From NCBI GenBank assembly GCA_021813125.1, contig JAKALT010000002.1, positions 11,424 to 75,423 of the forward strand: 64,000 bases of DNA, in the 5' to 3' direction. Shown one piece after another: positions 7,715-19,076 of this stretch. A model generated the notes under the pieces. That model searched no databases. It saw only the letters and a list, made by a program, of their open reading frames with translations, and was not told the DNA's origin. The translations under genes and the position numbers were made by a program. The stretch comes from a bacterium (lineage in GTDB: Bacteria > Patescibacteriota > Microgenomatia > Curtissbacterales > GWA2-41-24). Positions within the stretch are counted from its first letter, which is position 1. Each line of letters starts with the position of its first letter.

Positions 7715-9088
7715 CTACTTTGGTAATTGGTTGTAGATTTTCTCTGAGTTTTTGTAGACAACCTGATAGGTATAGGGATAATAGAGAAAAGCTGCAGGGT
7801 CGTCTTCGACAAGAAATCTTTGAAAATCGGCGTACAAATCTTTCCTTAGGCCTTCGTCTTGAGTTGAGCGGGCGTCTTCTAGGATTTTGTCTATTTTTAC
7901 ATTAACATAGCCTGTAATATTGGTCGCTTTTTGGGTTGAGTGCCATAGCGGGTACTGATCCGGGTCGGGAGGGAGATGATTTATTGCCAAAAGGGCCTGA
8001 AAATTTGCAGGAATACCCTTTTCCTGTTTTAGCTTCACATTTACACCGATTGCTTGCCAGTTATCCTGTATTTGCTTGGCTACCTCGTCAAGGCCAGGCA
8101 TAACCGAAAGAGTTATGGTTTGCCCTTTGGCATTTGTTCTTGAGAGCATCTCTTTGGCTTTTGCAGGACTAAAATCGTATCTTTTGACTGAAGGATTGTA
8201 TGCCCAACTTGCAGAAGAAATTGGGCTGAATGCACTTTCACCGTCAAAATTATCCTTATTTATGGCGTATGTTAGTGCCTGCCTTAAATCCCGAGATGAA
8301 AGGAGCTGGTCACCGGTTTTGAAAAACACTGTAACCAGTGAACTTTCGTCTGTATCCTGTTTTACGTCAACGTTGGGCCACGACTTAAAAGCTTTTGCGT
8401 TTGCTACTTTTAGAATTTTTATATCACCCATTTTGAGGGCAGTTATTGCCTGTTTTTCTGAGGGGTAAAATTTAATCTCGACTTTTGGCAGGTTGGGGTT
8501 TTTGGGATGAAGCCTGATCCTTTTCACCATTGAATCGACCTGGTCGATACCTACAATTCTAAATTCACCCGTACCGTAAAAGGTCTTTGTCTTAAAAACC
8601 GGTTTATCTAACGCTTCAAGGAATGAAGATATGGGATTTGGGAGATGAAATTCGATTGTTTTGTTGTTTATTGCACTTGCGGTTACATTTGTTATGGCTA
8701 TGCTTATATCTTTGGCATCTACAGGTGTTGCATCGTGCCAGGTGAGATTATCTTTTAGAAAAACGGTGTAAGTTTTTTGATCTTCCGAAACAGTCCAGTG
8801 TGAGGCAAGTGAAGGTTGGGGTTTTCCGTCGGGGCCTTCCGTTATAAGCGATTGCGTAGCAAGAGTTAGGACTTCTGTCGGGATTTGTTCCAACGTGTAG
8901 TTGCCAACGTAGCCTATTGTAAGTGTGCTGCCGTTATTGATTACAGGAAGAAGTTTTACCAATGCCAAAATAAAAAGAATAAGTATTATGAATGAAATTA
9001 AAACTCTACGCTGATACCTGTTTGCGTAGGCCAGGGATAAATGCCACCAAAATTTAAGGCGTCTTGTGCGAACGGATAAAAATGACAT
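7715..9088 (-). CDS. ABC transporter substrate-binding protein, family 5 (peptide/nickel type), membrane-anchored
   Basis: An N-terminal TM anchor and DppA/OppA-like periplasmic-binding architecture over 457 aa. Confidence 0.6.
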   Translation of the reverse strand: MSFLSVRTRRLKFWWHLSLAYANRYQRRVLISFIILILFILALVKLLPVINNGSTLTIGYVGNYTLEQIPTEVLTLATQSLITEGPDGKPQPSLASHWTVSEDQKTYTVFLKDNLTWHDATPVDAKDISIAITNVTASAINNKTIEFHLPNPISSFLEALDKPVFKTKTFYGTGEFRIVGIDQVDSMVKRIRLHPKNPNLPKVEIKFYPSEKQAITALKMGDIKILKVANAKAFKSWPNVDVKQDTDESSLVTVFFKTGDQLLSSRDLRQALTYAINKDNFDGESAFSPISSASWAYNPSVKRYDFSPAKAKEMLSRTNAKGQTITLSVMPGLDEVAKQIQDNWQAIGVNVKLKQEKGIPANFQALLAINHLPPDPDQYPLWHSTQKATNITGYVNVKIDKILEDARSTQDEGLRKDLYADFQRFLVEDDPAAFLYYPYTYQVVYKNSEKIYNQLPK

Positions 9089-9094
9089 TTAGAT

Positions 9095-9310
9095 TTAAAT
9101 TAATATTTGCAGAACAGATACTAAAAAAAACAAAAATGCAAAAATTACGGTAAAGTACATAAAAAGTTTTTCTATACCTCTTCTTGAACGATAAACGCCC
9201 CCCGCCCCGCCAAAAACGGAACCAAGGCCCGACCCTTTTGACTGCAGAAGAATCAATGTTATGAGCGTGATAGACACAGCAAGCTGCAAAATTAAAAGGA
9301 AAGTTTTCAT
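9095..9310 (-). CDS. secG: preprotein translocase subunit SecG
   Basis: 71 aa with two TM segments and the glycine-rich QSKGSGLGSVFGGAGG motif. Confidence 0.65.
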   Translation of the reverse strand: MKTFLLILQLAVSITLITLILLQSKGSGLGSVFGGAGGVYRSRRGIEKLFMYFTVIFAFLFFLVSVLQILI

Positions 9311-9315
9311 AAATT

Positions 9316-10311
9316 TTATAAGTTCTTTATTGCAACAGCAACTTTTTGAGGGTCATGGTAAAGAGGAAACTCTTCGTTTACAAAATCCCCTTCTATAACC
9401 CTGAAATTGTATTTTTCAACTTTTGCCTTATCATATTTTACATAAGAATAGCTTAATTTGCTTGGGATTTTTGGGTTTGTGTTGGTATTTACAAGTATAG
9501 TGTCAAAAATGTTTGCACCCAAGTTATGTTCGAGCGCTTTAAGATAGTCCGAAACGGAAAATCCCGAAGTCTCAAAAGGTTTATTGGCGATATTGACAAT
9601 AAAAAGTTTTTTGGCAGTGGATGTGGTGATTGCTTTTTTAATTTGAGGCACAATAAGAACCGGTAAAACAGTACTGAACAGATCGCCTGGGCCTGCTATT
9701 AGAACCTGTGAGGCTGCGATTGCTTCGACTGACGGCTTATAGGCTTTGGGTGATTCTGGACTTAAGTGGACTTCGGTTAAAGTTCGCGAACCATTATATT
9801 TGCCGAAATCTATATTCTTTTCCCCGAATATCCTTTTCCCTTCTTTGGTTTTTGCCCATATATTTACGTCACCGACAGTTGCCGGCAGCACTCTTCCGGT
9901 TGAGGAAATAATTTTTGAAAGCTCCTCCAGGGCTTTGTTAGCATTGCCGTTGTAAATGTGTGTTAAGGCCACGAATATGAGGTTTCCAAGTTTTTGACCA
10001 CCCAGGTCAGTATCTTTGCCGTAACGCTTGCCTTCAAATCTGTAAAGAAACAAATCGCGAATTACCGATTCTTCTTCTGACAAAGCCGCAAGACAGTTAA
10101 TAAGGTCTCCGGGCGGTGGAACCGCAAAGGCGCGCCTTAATCTGCCGGCAGAGCCTCCGTCGTCTGCCATGGAAACTATTGCCGTTATATCCAGATTTAA
10201 ATCCCTGAGCCCCTTTAATATTTGGGCTGTTCCTACGCCTCCACCAAGGCATGTTATGGTGTTTTTTGTCTCCGGTATTTCGAAGTAATGTTTAAGAAAT
10301 TTTCTAAACAT
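9316..10311 (-). CDS. YvcK/CofD-family gluconeogenesis factor (UPF0052)
   Basis: CLGGGVGTAQ ... MADDGGSAGRLRR ... PPGDLINCL motifs. Confidence 0.8.
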   Translation of the reverse strand: MFRKFLKHYFEIPETKNTITCLGGGVGTAQILKGLRDLNLDITAIVSMADDGGSAGRLRRAFAVPPPGDLINCLAALSEEESVIRDLFLYRFEGKRYGKDTDLGGQKLGNLIFVALTHIYNGNANKALEELSKIISSTGRVLPATVGDVNIWAKTKEGKRIFGEKNIDFGKYNGSRTLTEVHLSPESPKAYKPSVEAIAASQVLIAGPGDLFSTVLPVLIVPQIKKAITTSTAKKLFIVNIANKPFETSGFSVSDYLKALEHNLGANIFDTILVNTNTNPKIPSKLSYSYVKYDKAKVEKYNFRVIEGDFVNEEFPLYHDPQKVAVAIKNL

Positions 10312-10362
10312 TGTTTGGGTATATTAAACTAAAAATGACGATCTGTCGAGCATAAAACCTGC

Positions 10363-10764
10363 CTATTCAAAGATTATATGGAGGATTTTTTGCAGAATGG
10401 TAATGGTGATTGCGATTGTTACGATTGTCAGTACCTGGTTTAGGTGTATAGCCGGAAGTATTACTCCATTAATATTTGCGCCCGGGAAAGTGTATGGCCT
10501 TATATGAAAACCGGGGAGAAAATTCATTAGCGCAAAAAGGAATGCCACGTTCAAAACAGCCGAAACAAGGCCAAATGTCAAAATATTTATGGGAAGAAAA
10601 ACAATTGAAAAGATCGGGTTTATGAGAAGGGTTATCAGCCAGAAACCGCCGACAAGGAGAAGCAGATTTTTAGGGTCATTACCCAGGCCCACAACCGGCA
10701 ATAAATTAATGGTTGTGTAGACTGAGGCTATTGCAATTAAGAGTGATTTTATGTAATGACGCAT
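10363..10764 (-). CDS. small polytopic membrane protein (DUF360/holin-4-like)
   Basis: 133 aa with four hydrophobic segments. Confidence 0.35.
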   Translation of the reverse strand: MRHYIKSLLIAIASVYTTINLLPVVGLGNDPKNLLLLVGGFWLITLLINPIFSIVFLPINILTFGLVSAVLNVAFLFALMNFLPGFHIRPYTFPGANINGVILPAIHLNQVLTIVTIAITITILQKILHIIFE

Positions 10765-10797
10765 CGGGACAGTGCCACTGCAATTGATTTTTGCATT

Positions 10798-12075
10798 TTA
10801 GCTTACGCTTTTCAAGTTGGAGGTCAAGAAAGTTTTAGATCTTAAATGCCTATGGTAAGTAATAGCAAAACGGTGCGCTTCGTCCCGAATGGCTTGAGTT
10901 AACTGCCTTGCTGGACTTTCCTTTGGGAGGGCAATCGGTTGTATTTTCCCCGGAACGAATATTTGCTCGAGACGTTTTGCCAAAGACACAACTTGGATAT
11001 TATCATTTTTCGATTTAGATAGTGCTGAAAGGACTGCGTTTAGCTGTCCCCTGCCGCCGTCTATAATCATAAGGTCCGGCTCTGGCCATGTGTTTTTAAA
11101 GCGCCTTGCTACTACCTCCTTTAACATCAGGTAGTCATTGGGTTTTTGTGAGAACTTGATTTTAAAACGCCTGTATTCGGATTTTTCGGGAACCCCGTTT
11201 ATAAAAACAACCATAGAACCTGTTGCATGTTTTCCCTGCAAGTTAGATATGTCATAACACTCTATCCTTTTCGGAAGTTTTTTAAGAGTGATTTTCTCCT
11301 TTAAGTCTTTTAGTCTTTGCAGCGTTAAGTCGTCTACAAGCGTTGGTTTTTCCAAAAATTCTCTTGGGGTGTGGAAAATTGAGTTTAGATATTCCAGCTT
11401 TTGAATCTGGTTTTTGATTCGTGCTGCCTCTTCAAAATCCTGTTTTTTCGATGCAATTTGCATATCTGCCGTCAGGTCTTTTATCAAACTTTGACTTTTG
11501 CCTGAGAGAAGTTTTTTTATGTGGGCAACGGTTTTTTTATAGGCAATTGCCGATGTTTTCCCTTCATAAGGATATGGGCACAGCCCCAAGTGCACATAAA
11601 GACAAGGTTTTTTAGGGTTTTTATGCTGACAGTAAGGGAAAACTTTACGAATAAGTTTTAGTATGTCCTTCGTAACTTTTGCAGACGGGAAAGGGCCTTT
11701 TATAAAAACTCCCCTTTGGGGCGTTACTTTTCTTGTTAATGTAACAAGAGGAATTTCCCCTTCTATTTTGATATATATTGGACTCTTGTCGTCTTTTGCA
11801 ATTACATTATAAAAGGGCTTGTAGGTTCTTATTAGCTCAGACTCGAGCATTAAAGCTTCAAACTCGGAAAAGACCTTGATTGTTTTTACATCTGCAATAT
11901 TTTTGACCAGCATGTCAGTTTTAGGGCCGAGATTTTTATTTGTAAAATAGGAAGCTACCCTTTTTTTAATGGAAACCGATTTTCCAATGTAGATGACTTT
12001 TTTGTCTTTTGAAATAAATTGGTAAATTCCCGGGCCGTTTGGGAGGTTACTAAGCTTTTCCTTGAATGATTTCAC
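10798..12075 (-). CDS. uvrC: excinuclease ABC subunit C (short form, 425 aa)
   Basis: N-terminal GIY-YIG (GPGIYQF...IYIGKS), and DEAHRFAITYHR in the C-terminal endonuclease domain. It is shorter than typical UvrC and the HhH tail appears to be absent. Confidence 0.8.
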   Translation of the reverse strand: MKSFKEKLSNLPNGPGIYQFISKDKKVIYIGKSVSIKKRVASYFTNKNLGPKTDMLVKNIADVKTIKVFSEFEALMLESELIRTYKPFYNVIAKDDKSPIYIKIEGEIPLVTLTRKVTPQRGVFIKGPFPSAKVTKDILKLIRKVFPYCQHKNPKKPCLYVHLGLCPYPYEGKTSAIAYKKTVAHIKKLLSGKSQSLIKDLTADMQIASKKQDFEEAARIKNQIQKLEYLNSIFHTPREFLEKPTLVDDLTLQRLKDLKEKITLKKLPKRIECYDISNLQGKHATGSMVVFINGVPEKSEYRRFKIKFSQKPNDYLMLKEVVARRFKNTWPEPDLMIIDGGRGQLNAVLSALSKSKNDNIQVVSLAKRLEQIFVPGKIQPIALPKESPARQLTQAIRDEAHRFAITYHRHLRSKTFLTSNLKSVS

Positions 12076-12099
12076 AGAAGTTGAATTGTAGCAAATATC

Positions 12100-13980
12100 T
12101 CAAGTTTGCGCCCGATTATGTTTTTTGTGATGTCTATTGTAGAATCGCAAACCTAAATAGAGTAATACTATGACAACGGGAAAAGATGCTAAAAACGGTA
12201 GGGTAAAGGCGATTTCGTATATTGGTTTTATTAAAATAGGTTTTGAGATTTGAGCGTCTGCAAAACCTAGAATAAGATTGTCTTTTTCCTGATTTAGGTT
12301 GCTTTTGGTTTCAATGTCAAATTTAAAATTCCTGTTTGCAAAAGGCGGAAGCACGGCAACCAGAAGAGGATTTGGGGACGTTATAGAAAGTAGTTTTGAA
12401 GAAAGTGAAAGTTTTTGGTTGATAATCGAAGTTGAGCCTGAATTGACTAAGTTTGCCGTAACTGTTGTGGGTATCTGGGAGTAAATTGCTTCGGGTGTTA
12501 ATAGCTGCAATTGCGCTGTTGCAGTCGGTGTCGGTAGGTTTTCGGCAAAGGAAACATCAACACTTTTTTGATTCAGCCTTGTTTTGTCTTTAAACGCGCC
12601 TGCAGGTAGCGGGTCTGTTGAGGAAATACCTCTTTGAATAAAAGTTATATGGTTGAAGTCCAGTTTGTTGAAGTAATCTAATCCCCCTGATGTTGAACCC
12701 CAAGTAGGGTCTACCTGAACCCACCCCAGGTTGTCGTCCCAATATTCCGGCCATGCGTGAAGTACGTCCCCGCTGTTTAAAGTTAGTGAGAGAGGCCTTA
12801 GGCGCTCGTTTTGAGTGTAGGCATAGCCTTCCACTTCTCTTGCGGGAATTTTGGCTGCCCTGGCTATTGCAATAAACAAATCCGTAAATTCCATGCATAT
12901 TGAATCTTTGGGCGTTTGAATTGCTGCTGCAGCCCCTTTTCTTTCTATTGTCTGCTGCGTTAGGCGTTCGGTACTGTAAGAGAGGTATGTTGAAACAAAA
13001 TTATATATCTGTTCTGGGGTTTTAAGCTCGTTAGCCTTATCTTTTATGAAGCCGTTGTCCGTTTCCCAATATCTTTGGGGTTGGATATATTGGTTTTTTT
13101 GGTCTTGTGTCAGTTTCGTGTAAATGTTTCTGAAAGGCTTGCTGAAGACTTCAACATAACCCTGGGCGGTTATATTTAATTTTTGCTTAGGCGACAACTT
13201 ATACTTGGCGACAAAATTTCCCTCGTCGTCCACAGTTACATCCTCGGGTTTCGGGTCCATTTTTTCGAGTACAATTTTTTGATAATTGTTATCAGGCGGA
13301 AGCGTGATTGTAGACGTTTGGCTAGTCACGTTATTGTTCTGGAGAAAATAATTAAGCTTAAAGGCGAATACCTGTTTTTCCCCGAAAGACATTGAAATAC
13401 CAGATTGCAGAAGCTGGTCTTTTGAAAAGGTAAATTCCTGGGTTTGCGATTTTTGCTGGCTTGTCACGGGCTTTGGGGTAGTGAAGGCGACGGGTCCAAA
13501 AATCCTGGGTATGCTAAGTGTTGCACTGTAGCTTCCCATATCCTGCGAAGAAGCAAGCCTTGGTATAGAAATTTCCCAAATTTGCCCAGATTTGGTTGCG
13601 AGTTCGTCGGAAGAATAAGACAGGCTCCAGTTTAGTTTTTTGCCCTCCCCTATTACGCGCTGGTTGAATTTGACAGTTATTGTTGTGACGTTATTGTCGA
13701 AGTTTACTTTGGTATCAAGATTACCCGTGTCGTCTGCAGCTTTTACATTGGTGACTTTTGTTGATCCTATTTTTAGTTCAAACTTGTCAGCGTAATAATT
13801 TGCGGTTTTGTTGGTAAGTGTTATGTTTTGGTTAACATCGGTTTTACCATTTGCGGAAACGGAATAATTTACCTGATAATCGGTTTGAAATTCACCCTCG
13901 GCTTTTGCGACTCTTGGAAAGCAAAAGGTAAGGAATACAAAAAGAGATGCCAGAAGAAAAAATCGGGCAAGCGATTTCAC
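12100..13980 (-). CDS. secreted transglutaminase-like domain protein with signal peptide and C-terminal TM
   Basis: Signal peptide MKSLARFFLLASLFVFLT...AKA. Transglutaminase core Cys/His/Asp: ICMEFTDLF ... HAWPEYW ... VDPTW. Confidence 0.7.
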   Translation of the reverse strand: MKSLARFFLLASLFVFLTFCFPRVAKAEGEFQTDYQVNYSVSANGKTDVNQNITLTNKTANYYADKFELKIGSTKVTNVKAADDTGNLDTKVNFDNNVTTITVKFNQRVIGEGKKLNWSLSYSSDELATKSGQIWEISIPRLASSQDMGSYSATLSIPRIFGPVAFTTPKPVTSQQKSQTQEFTFSKDQLLQSGISMSFGEKQVFAFKLNYFLQNNNVTSQTSTITLPPDNNYQKIVLEKMDPKPEDVTVDDEGNFVAKYKLSPKQKLNITAQGYVEVFSKPFRNIYTKLTQDQKNQYIQPQRYWETDNGFIKDKANELKTPEQIYNFVSTYLSYSTERLTQQTIERKGAAAAIQTPKDSICMEFTDLFIAIARAAKIPAREVEGYAYTQNERLRPLSLTLNSGDVLHAWPEYWDDNLGWVQVDPTWGSTSGGLDYFNKLDFNHITFIQRGISSTDPLPAGAFKDKTRLNQKSVDVSFAENLPTPTATAQLQLLTPEAIYSQIPTTVTANLVNSGSTSIINQKLSLSSKLLSITSPNPLLVAVLPPFANRNFKFDIETKSNLNQEKDNLILGFADAQISKPILIKPIYEIAFTLPFLASFPVVIVLLYLGLRFYNRHHKKHNRAQT

Positions 13981-14015
13981 AGTGTGTTAAGTATCTGTTG
14001 TCGGCCCTTGGGCTG

Positions 14016-16901
14016 TCAAGACATGTGCTTTTTCAAAAATTGACCCGTGTAAGACTTATTGATTTTTGTTAAATCTTCGGGTGTTGCCGTTGCTATCACG
14101 TGACCGCCAGCGTTGCCGCCTTCAGGTCCAAGGTCAATTATCCAGTCCGCGTTGGCTATTATGTCCATGTTGTGCTCAATAACAATTACGGTGTTACCTG
14201 TTGATACCAGTCTATCTAAAATTGTTAGTAACCTTTCAATATCTGCAAAATGAAGGCCGGTTGTGGGCTCGTCCAAGATGTAAATTGTTTTGCCGGTCGC
14301 CTTTTTTGAAAGCTCTGTTGCAAGTTTTACACGTTGTGCCTCACCCCCGGAAAGCGTCGGTGCTGGCTGTCCAAGGTGTATATACGAAAGGCCTACATCA
14401 TTTATAGTTTCCAGCTTTTGTTTAATTTGCGGAATATTTTCAAAAAACTCCAGGGCTGTTTCTACAGTCATTTGCAGTACCTCTGAAATATTTTTGCCCT
14501 TATAGTGAACCTCTAATGCTTCTTCGTTGTACCTTTTTCCTGCACAAACTTCGCAATCAACGTAAACATCCGGCAAAAATTGCATCTCTATTTTTACCTG
14601 ACCTTCTCCTTCACAAGCTTCGCAGCGTCCGCCTTTGACGTTAAACGAAAATCGTCCGGGGTTATAACCACGAATTCTGGCGTCTGTTGTTTGAGAGAAT
14701 AATTCACGGATGTGTGTAAAAGCACCGGTGTACGTTGCAGGGTTTGAACGTGGCGTTCTGCCGATAGGCGACTGGTCTATAAGAATTACTTTATCAACAT
14801 TTTCCAAGCCTCGAAGTGATTTGTAAGCTCCAGGTTTATCTTTTGAACTGTAAAGCTCTGAGGCGATTGCGTTATATAAAACGTCGTGAATTAGTGTTGA
14901 TTTCCCCGACCCCGAAACACCAGTTATACAAATTAGGTTTCCCAAGGGAAGAGTAATGTCGATATCTTTAAGATTGTGTTCTCTGGCGCCAATAAGCTCA
15001 AGAGTTTGGCCGTTTAGGGAAACGCTGCGCATTTTTGGAAGCTTGATTTTCTTTTTGCCGGACAGATATTTTCCGGTAAGTGAGTTTGGGTTTTTAGTTA
15101 TTGATACAGGCGAACCTTGCGCAATAATCTTACCTCCATGTTCACCTGCACCAGGGCCGAAATCCAAAATCTCATCTGAGGCGAACATCATTTCGCTGTC
15201 GTGCTCAACTACTACAACAGTATTTTCCAGATCGCGAAGTTTTTTCAGTGTTGATATGAGTCGCCGATTGTCTCTTTGGTGAAGACCAATTGACGGTTCG
15301 TCCAAAACATATAACACACCCGAGAGGCCAGAGCCTATTTGTGAAGCAAGCCGTATGCGCTGCGCCTCGCCTCCCGCCAAGGTAACCGCGGACCTGGCGA
15401 TTGTCAAATAGTCCAGGCCAACGTCTACAAGAAATTTTGTCCGAGTCAACAGTTCTTTTAAAATAGGCTTAGCGATTAAAGCTTCTCTTTCTGAAAGCAG
15501 GGGCGGGTCATTATTTTCTAATTTTTGAAGCCATAAAAAGAGGTCTTGTATGCTTTGGATTGAGATATCTGCAATTGACCTTTTTTCAATTGTGACAGAT
15601 AGCGCTTCGGGTTTTAACCTGGTTCCCAGGCAAGTTTCGCAGTCTTCCTGCCGCATAAATCGTTCAATTTCCCGCCTGACGAAATCCGATTCCGTTTGTG
15701 AATATTTAAGCTCTATATTTTTTAATACACCTTCAAAGTTGCTATCCCAGGAAACAATCTTGCCAAACCTGTTCGGTCCTTTAACTCTGTATAACTTGTC
15801 GTCTGTTCCGTTTAGTATCTTGTCTTGTGAATTTTGGTCAAGATTGCTAAAGGGTATATTTAAGGAAACGCCATTTTCTTTGCAAACTGTTTCAAGAACC
15901 CTCCAAGACCAGGAATCGCTACCAACAATTCTGGCCCAAGGCAGGATTGCGCCTTCTGCTATTGTGAGATTGGGATTAATAACAAGCTTGGGGTCTACTT
16001 TTTTAATCACGCCAAGGCCATTACATTTAGGGCATGCCCCATGAGGAGAGTTAAAAGAAAAAGACCTTGGTTCTATTTCCGGAAGAGATATGTTGTCAAC
16101 CGGGCACGTAAATTTTTCGGAAAAAAGATGATCTTTTAGCTCCTTAGGATACTTGGGAATTTCGAAGCTTTTATCCAGAATCTCTGAGGCAATTAGTGAA
16201 CCTTCAGAAAGTTTTAATGCCTGTTCTGTGGATTGGCTAAGCCTTTGTTTTTCTGCCGGAATTACAAGTCTGTCTATTACAACGTCAATTGTGTGTTTGT
16301 TCGTTTTAATAAGCGTAAAATCTTCGTCAATTTCGCGTATTTGCCCGTCTATCCTTGCTTCACGGTAGCCCTTTTTTAAAAGGTCCCTAAACAACTGGGT
16401 AAATTCACCTTTTCGATCTTTTACAACTGGAGCAAGGAGAAGTATTTTAAGATTCTTGGTGTTTGTTTGAGTTGGGAGTTTTTGAATTTCGTCGACAATT
16501 TGAGAAGCAGATTGGTGCGAAATTTCCCGCCCGCAGATTGGGCAATGCGGGTGACCGATGCGGGCAAAAAGTAGTCTTAGATAATCATAAATCTCCGTCA
16601 CCGTACCAACTGTTGAACGTGGGTTGTGTGACGTTGACTTTTGATCTATGGAGATTGCCGGCGAAAGGCCTTCTATTGAATCAACATCCGGTTTGTCCAT
16701 TACACCCAAGAATTGACGTGCGTATGATGCGAGCGATTCAACATACCTCCGTTGGCCTTCGGCATAGATTGTGTCAAAGGCAAGAGATGATTTCCCCGAA
16801 CCGGAAATTCCGGTGAAGACGATTAGTTTATTTTTAGGGATCTCAACGCTTAAGTTTTTGAGGTTGTTTTCCCTCGCGCCTTTTACAATTATTTTATCCA
16901 T
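14016..16901 (-). CDS. uvrA: excinuclease ABC subunit A
   Basis: Two ABC ATPase modules ([16 protein letters not shown]), zinc-finger CxxC pairs, and the LSGGEAQR signatures. Confidence 0.95.
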   Translation of the reverse strand: MDKIIVKGARENNLKNLSVEIPKNKLIVFTGISGSGKSSLAFDTIYAEGQRRYVESLASYARQFLGVMDKPDVDSIEGLSPAISIDQKSTSHNPRSTVGTVTEIYDYLRLLFARIGHPHCPICGREISHQSASQIVDEIQKLPTQTNTKNLKILLLAPVVKDRKGEFTQLFRDLLKKGYREARIDGQIREIDEDFTLIKTNKHTIDVVIDRLVIPAEKQRLSQSTEQALKLSEGSLIASEILDKSFEIPKYPKELKDHLFSEKFTCPVDNISLPEIEPRSFSFNSPHGACPKCNGLGVIKKVDPKLVINPNLTIAEGAILPWARIVGSDSWSWRVLETVCKENGVSLNIPFSNLDQNSQDKILNGTDDKLYRVKGPNRFGKIVSWDSNFEGVLKNIELKYSQTESDFVRREIERFMRQEDCETCLGTRLKPEALSVTIEKRSIADISIQSIQDLFLWLQKLENNDPPLLSEREALIAKPILKELLTRTKFLVDVGLDYLTIARSAVTLAGGEAQRIRLASQIGSGLSGVLYVLDEPSIGLHQRDNRRLISTLKKLRDLENTVVVVEHDSEMMFASDEILDFGPGAGEHGGKIIAQGSPVSITKNPNSLTGKYLSGKKKIKLPKMRSVSLNGQTLELIGAREHNLKDIDITLPLGNLICITGVSGSGKSTLIHDVLYNAIASELYSSKDKPGAYKSLRGLENVDKVILIDQSPIGRTPRSNPATYTGAFTHIRELFSQTTDARIRGYNPGRFSFNVKGGRCEACEGEGQVKIEMQFLPDVYVDCEVCAGKRYNEEALEVHYKGKNISEVLQMTVETALEFFENIPQIKQKLETINDVGLSYIHLGQPAPTLSGGEAQRVKLATELSKKATGKTIYILDEPTTGLHFADIERLLTILDRLVSTGNTVIVIEHNMDIIANADWIIDLGPEGGNAGGHVIATATPEDLTKINKSYTGQFLKKHMS

Positions 16902-17001
16902 TAGTAAATTTTTATACCCGAATAAATACCGAAACTAAATTACTATATGAGGTAAAATTTTAACACCTTTGGCAATAATTTGGAAGCTTCCAATTGGGGC
17001 A

Positions 17002-18996
17002 CTATTGTGTTTTAAGTTCGATGATTTGATCCCTTAAATAGGCAGCTTTTTCGAAATCGAGAATACGGGCTGCGTTTTTCATTTCGCGGTTTAAGAACTT
17101 TATTAGTTTTGTTTTGTCTTCCGGCAAAATTGACCCCTCTTTTGCCCTTTCCATGACGCTGGCTATTACCGTATCCCTGTAGATAAGCTTTTTTTCCTCT
17201 TCTTTTTGACGCTCGACTACCTTTTCTCTGATAGGTTTTTCGATTGACCGTGGGTTTATATGATTTTTTTGGTTGTAATCCGTTTGAATACGTCTCCTCC
17301 TTGTTACTTCTTTTATTGCTTTGTCCATTGATTTTGTGACAACATCGGCATAGAGGATGACCGATCCGTCTATATGGCGGGCGGCCCTGCCCATTGTCTG
17401 GATTAAAGATGTTTGCGAACGTAGGAACCCTTCTTTGTCTGCATCGAGGATTGCTACTAGGGTTACTTCGGGAAGATCCAAACCTTCACGTAAAAGGTTG
17501 ATACCTACCAAAACATCGTAATTGCCCAGCCTTAGATCATCTAATATGTCAGTCCTGTCTAACGTTTCGATTTCGCTGTGAAGGTAAGTGACACGAACGT
17601 TTCTCTCTTCAAGATATTTGGAAAGTTCTTCGGCCATTCTTTTGGTAAGCGTTGTGACCAGAACCCGCTGGTGCTTTTTGACCCTTTTTTCGATTTGGGA
17701 GATCAAGTCCTCTATTTGCCCTTCCGTTTTGCGAACGGAGATTTCCGGGTCTATTAAGCCGGTCGGGCGGATTAGCTGTTCAACCACCTGGTTTGATATG
17801 GATATTTCGTACTCCGCGGGTGTTGCCGATGTGTAAATTGCCTGATTTATGCGCCTTGCGAATTCCTCAAATTTTAGCGGGCGGTTGTCGAATGCCGAAG
17901 GAAGGCGAAAGCCGAAATCGACAAGCATTTGTTTTCGGGCATGATCGCCGTTGTACATTCCTTGAATTTGGGGAATTGTCATATGGGATTCGTCTATTAC
18001 CAAAAGGTAATCTTTTGGAAAATGTTCAATTAATGAAAACGGAGCTTCGCCTGGTTTCCTGCCGTCGAAATAACGTGAGTAGTTTTCGATACCTTTGCAA
18101 TAACCCAGTGTCTTTATCATTTCCAGATCATAATTAGTACGTTGTTTGAGCCGGTGGGCCTCTAAAGCCTTTCCTTTTGACTCTAAAAATTTCAACTGGC
18201 TTTTAAGCTCTTCTTTTATTGCGGAGAGCACCTTTTCGTTTGTTGGGTCGGCCGTTACATAATGTTTTGCTGGATAAAGCGCGTAAAGGGTTAAATCTTT
18301 GATTAATTTACCTGTCACCGGATGGACCATCTCTATTTTTTCGAGTTTTTCGTTTGAAAAGCTTAGCCTCAGTCCGTTGTTTTCGTATGCAGGGATAATT
18401 TCAATCTTTTCTCCGCGGATCCGATATGTGCCTCTGCTAAAATCGGTGTCGTTTCTTTGGTATTGAAGCCTGGCAAAGTCTGTCAAAAGACCTATCCTTG
18501 ACCATGTTTGGCCAACTTTCAAATCGATTCTGGCGTTTTTGTATTCCTGGGGAGACCCAAGATTGTAGATTGCCGAAACTGAAGCTACGACTATTACGTC
18601 GTTTCTTGTGGAAAGAGACGTAGTTGCGGCAAGCCTAAGCCTATCTATTTCTTCATTTACCTCGGTCTCCTTCTCTATATAAGTGTCCGTTGAAGGGATG
18701 TAAGCCTCGGGCTGGTAGTAATCGTAGTATGAGACAAAGTAGCAAACTGCATTGTTGGGGAAAAACTCGCGGAATTCCTGATAGAGTTGGGCGGCAAGGG
18801 TCTTGTTGTGGCTTATGATTAAAGTAGGTTTTTGGACTTTTTGGATGACGTTTGCGATCGTAAATGTTTTACCGGATCCGGTGACACCTAGCAGAGTTTG
18901 GTGTTGATAGTTTTTGCCGATGCCACTTACCAGCTTCTCAATTGCTTGAGGCTGGTCACCGGTTGGTTTGTATGATGATTTCAGATCAAATTTCAT
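17002..18996 (-). CDS. uvrB: excinuclease ABC subunit B
   Basis: GVTGSGKT Walker A, helicase motifs, and a C-terminal UVR domain. Confidence 0.95.
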   Translation of the reverse strand: MKFDLKSSYKPTGDQPQAIEKLVSGIGKNYQHQTLLGVTGSGKTFTIANVIQKVQKPTLIISHNKTLAAQLYQEFREFFPNNAVCYFVSYYDYYQPEAYIPSTDTYIEKETEVNEEIDRLRLAATTSLSTRNDVIVVASVSAIYNLGSPQEYKNARIDLKVGQTWSRIGLLTDFARLQYQRNDTDFSRGTYRIRGEKIEIIPAYENNGLRLSFSNEKLEKIEMVHPVTGKLIKDLTLYALYPAKHYVTADPTNEKVLSAIKEELKSQLKFLESKGKALEAHRLKQRTNYDLEMIKTLGYCKGIENYSRYFDGRKPGEAPFSLIEHFPKDYLLVIDESHMTIPQIQGMYNGDHARKQMLVDFGFRLPSAFDNRPLKFEEFARRINQAIYTSATPAEYEISISNQVVEQLIRPTGLIDPEISVRKTEGQIEDLISQIEKRVKKHQRVLVTTLTKRMAEELSKYLEERNVRVTYLHSEIETLDRTDILDDLRLGNYDVLVGINLLREGLDLPEVTLVAILDADKEGFLRSQTSLIQTMGRAARHIDGSVILYADVVTKSMDKAIKEVTRRRRIQTDYNQKNHINPRSIEKPIREKVVERQKEEEKKLIYRDTVIASVMERAKEGSILPEDKTKLIKFLNREMKNAARILDFEKAAYLRDQIIELKTQ

Positions 18997-19037
18997 ATCA
19001 ATCGTACATTATATCTTAAATCTAATAGATATGGCTC

Positions 19038-19067
19038 TTGACAACTTCGGGTTTTATTTGGTATATA
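19038..19067 (+). promoter_or_regulatory. candidate promoter TTGACA-18-TATATA for lexA, in the uvrB-lexA divergent region
   Basis: TTGACA at 19038-19043 and TATATA at about 19062-19067. The start codon is at 19077. Confidence 0.35.
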
Positions 19068-19076
19068 TAGTGTAAC

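Noticed and set aside
14201-16816. Multiple 60-165-aa plus-strand ORFs inside uvrA (and similar ones inside dnaE, uvrB, ppsA, mntH, gatA/B)
   Set aside because: They are antisense to long, well-supported core genes and are low-complexity. These are typical shadow ORFs.
16951-16968. Shared AGGTGTTA upstream of uvrA (reverse strand) and dinB as a possible LexA box
   Set aside because: AGGTG is SD-like and lies 4 nt from the dinB start codon. Only two occurrences and no palindromic partner, so evidence is insufficient.
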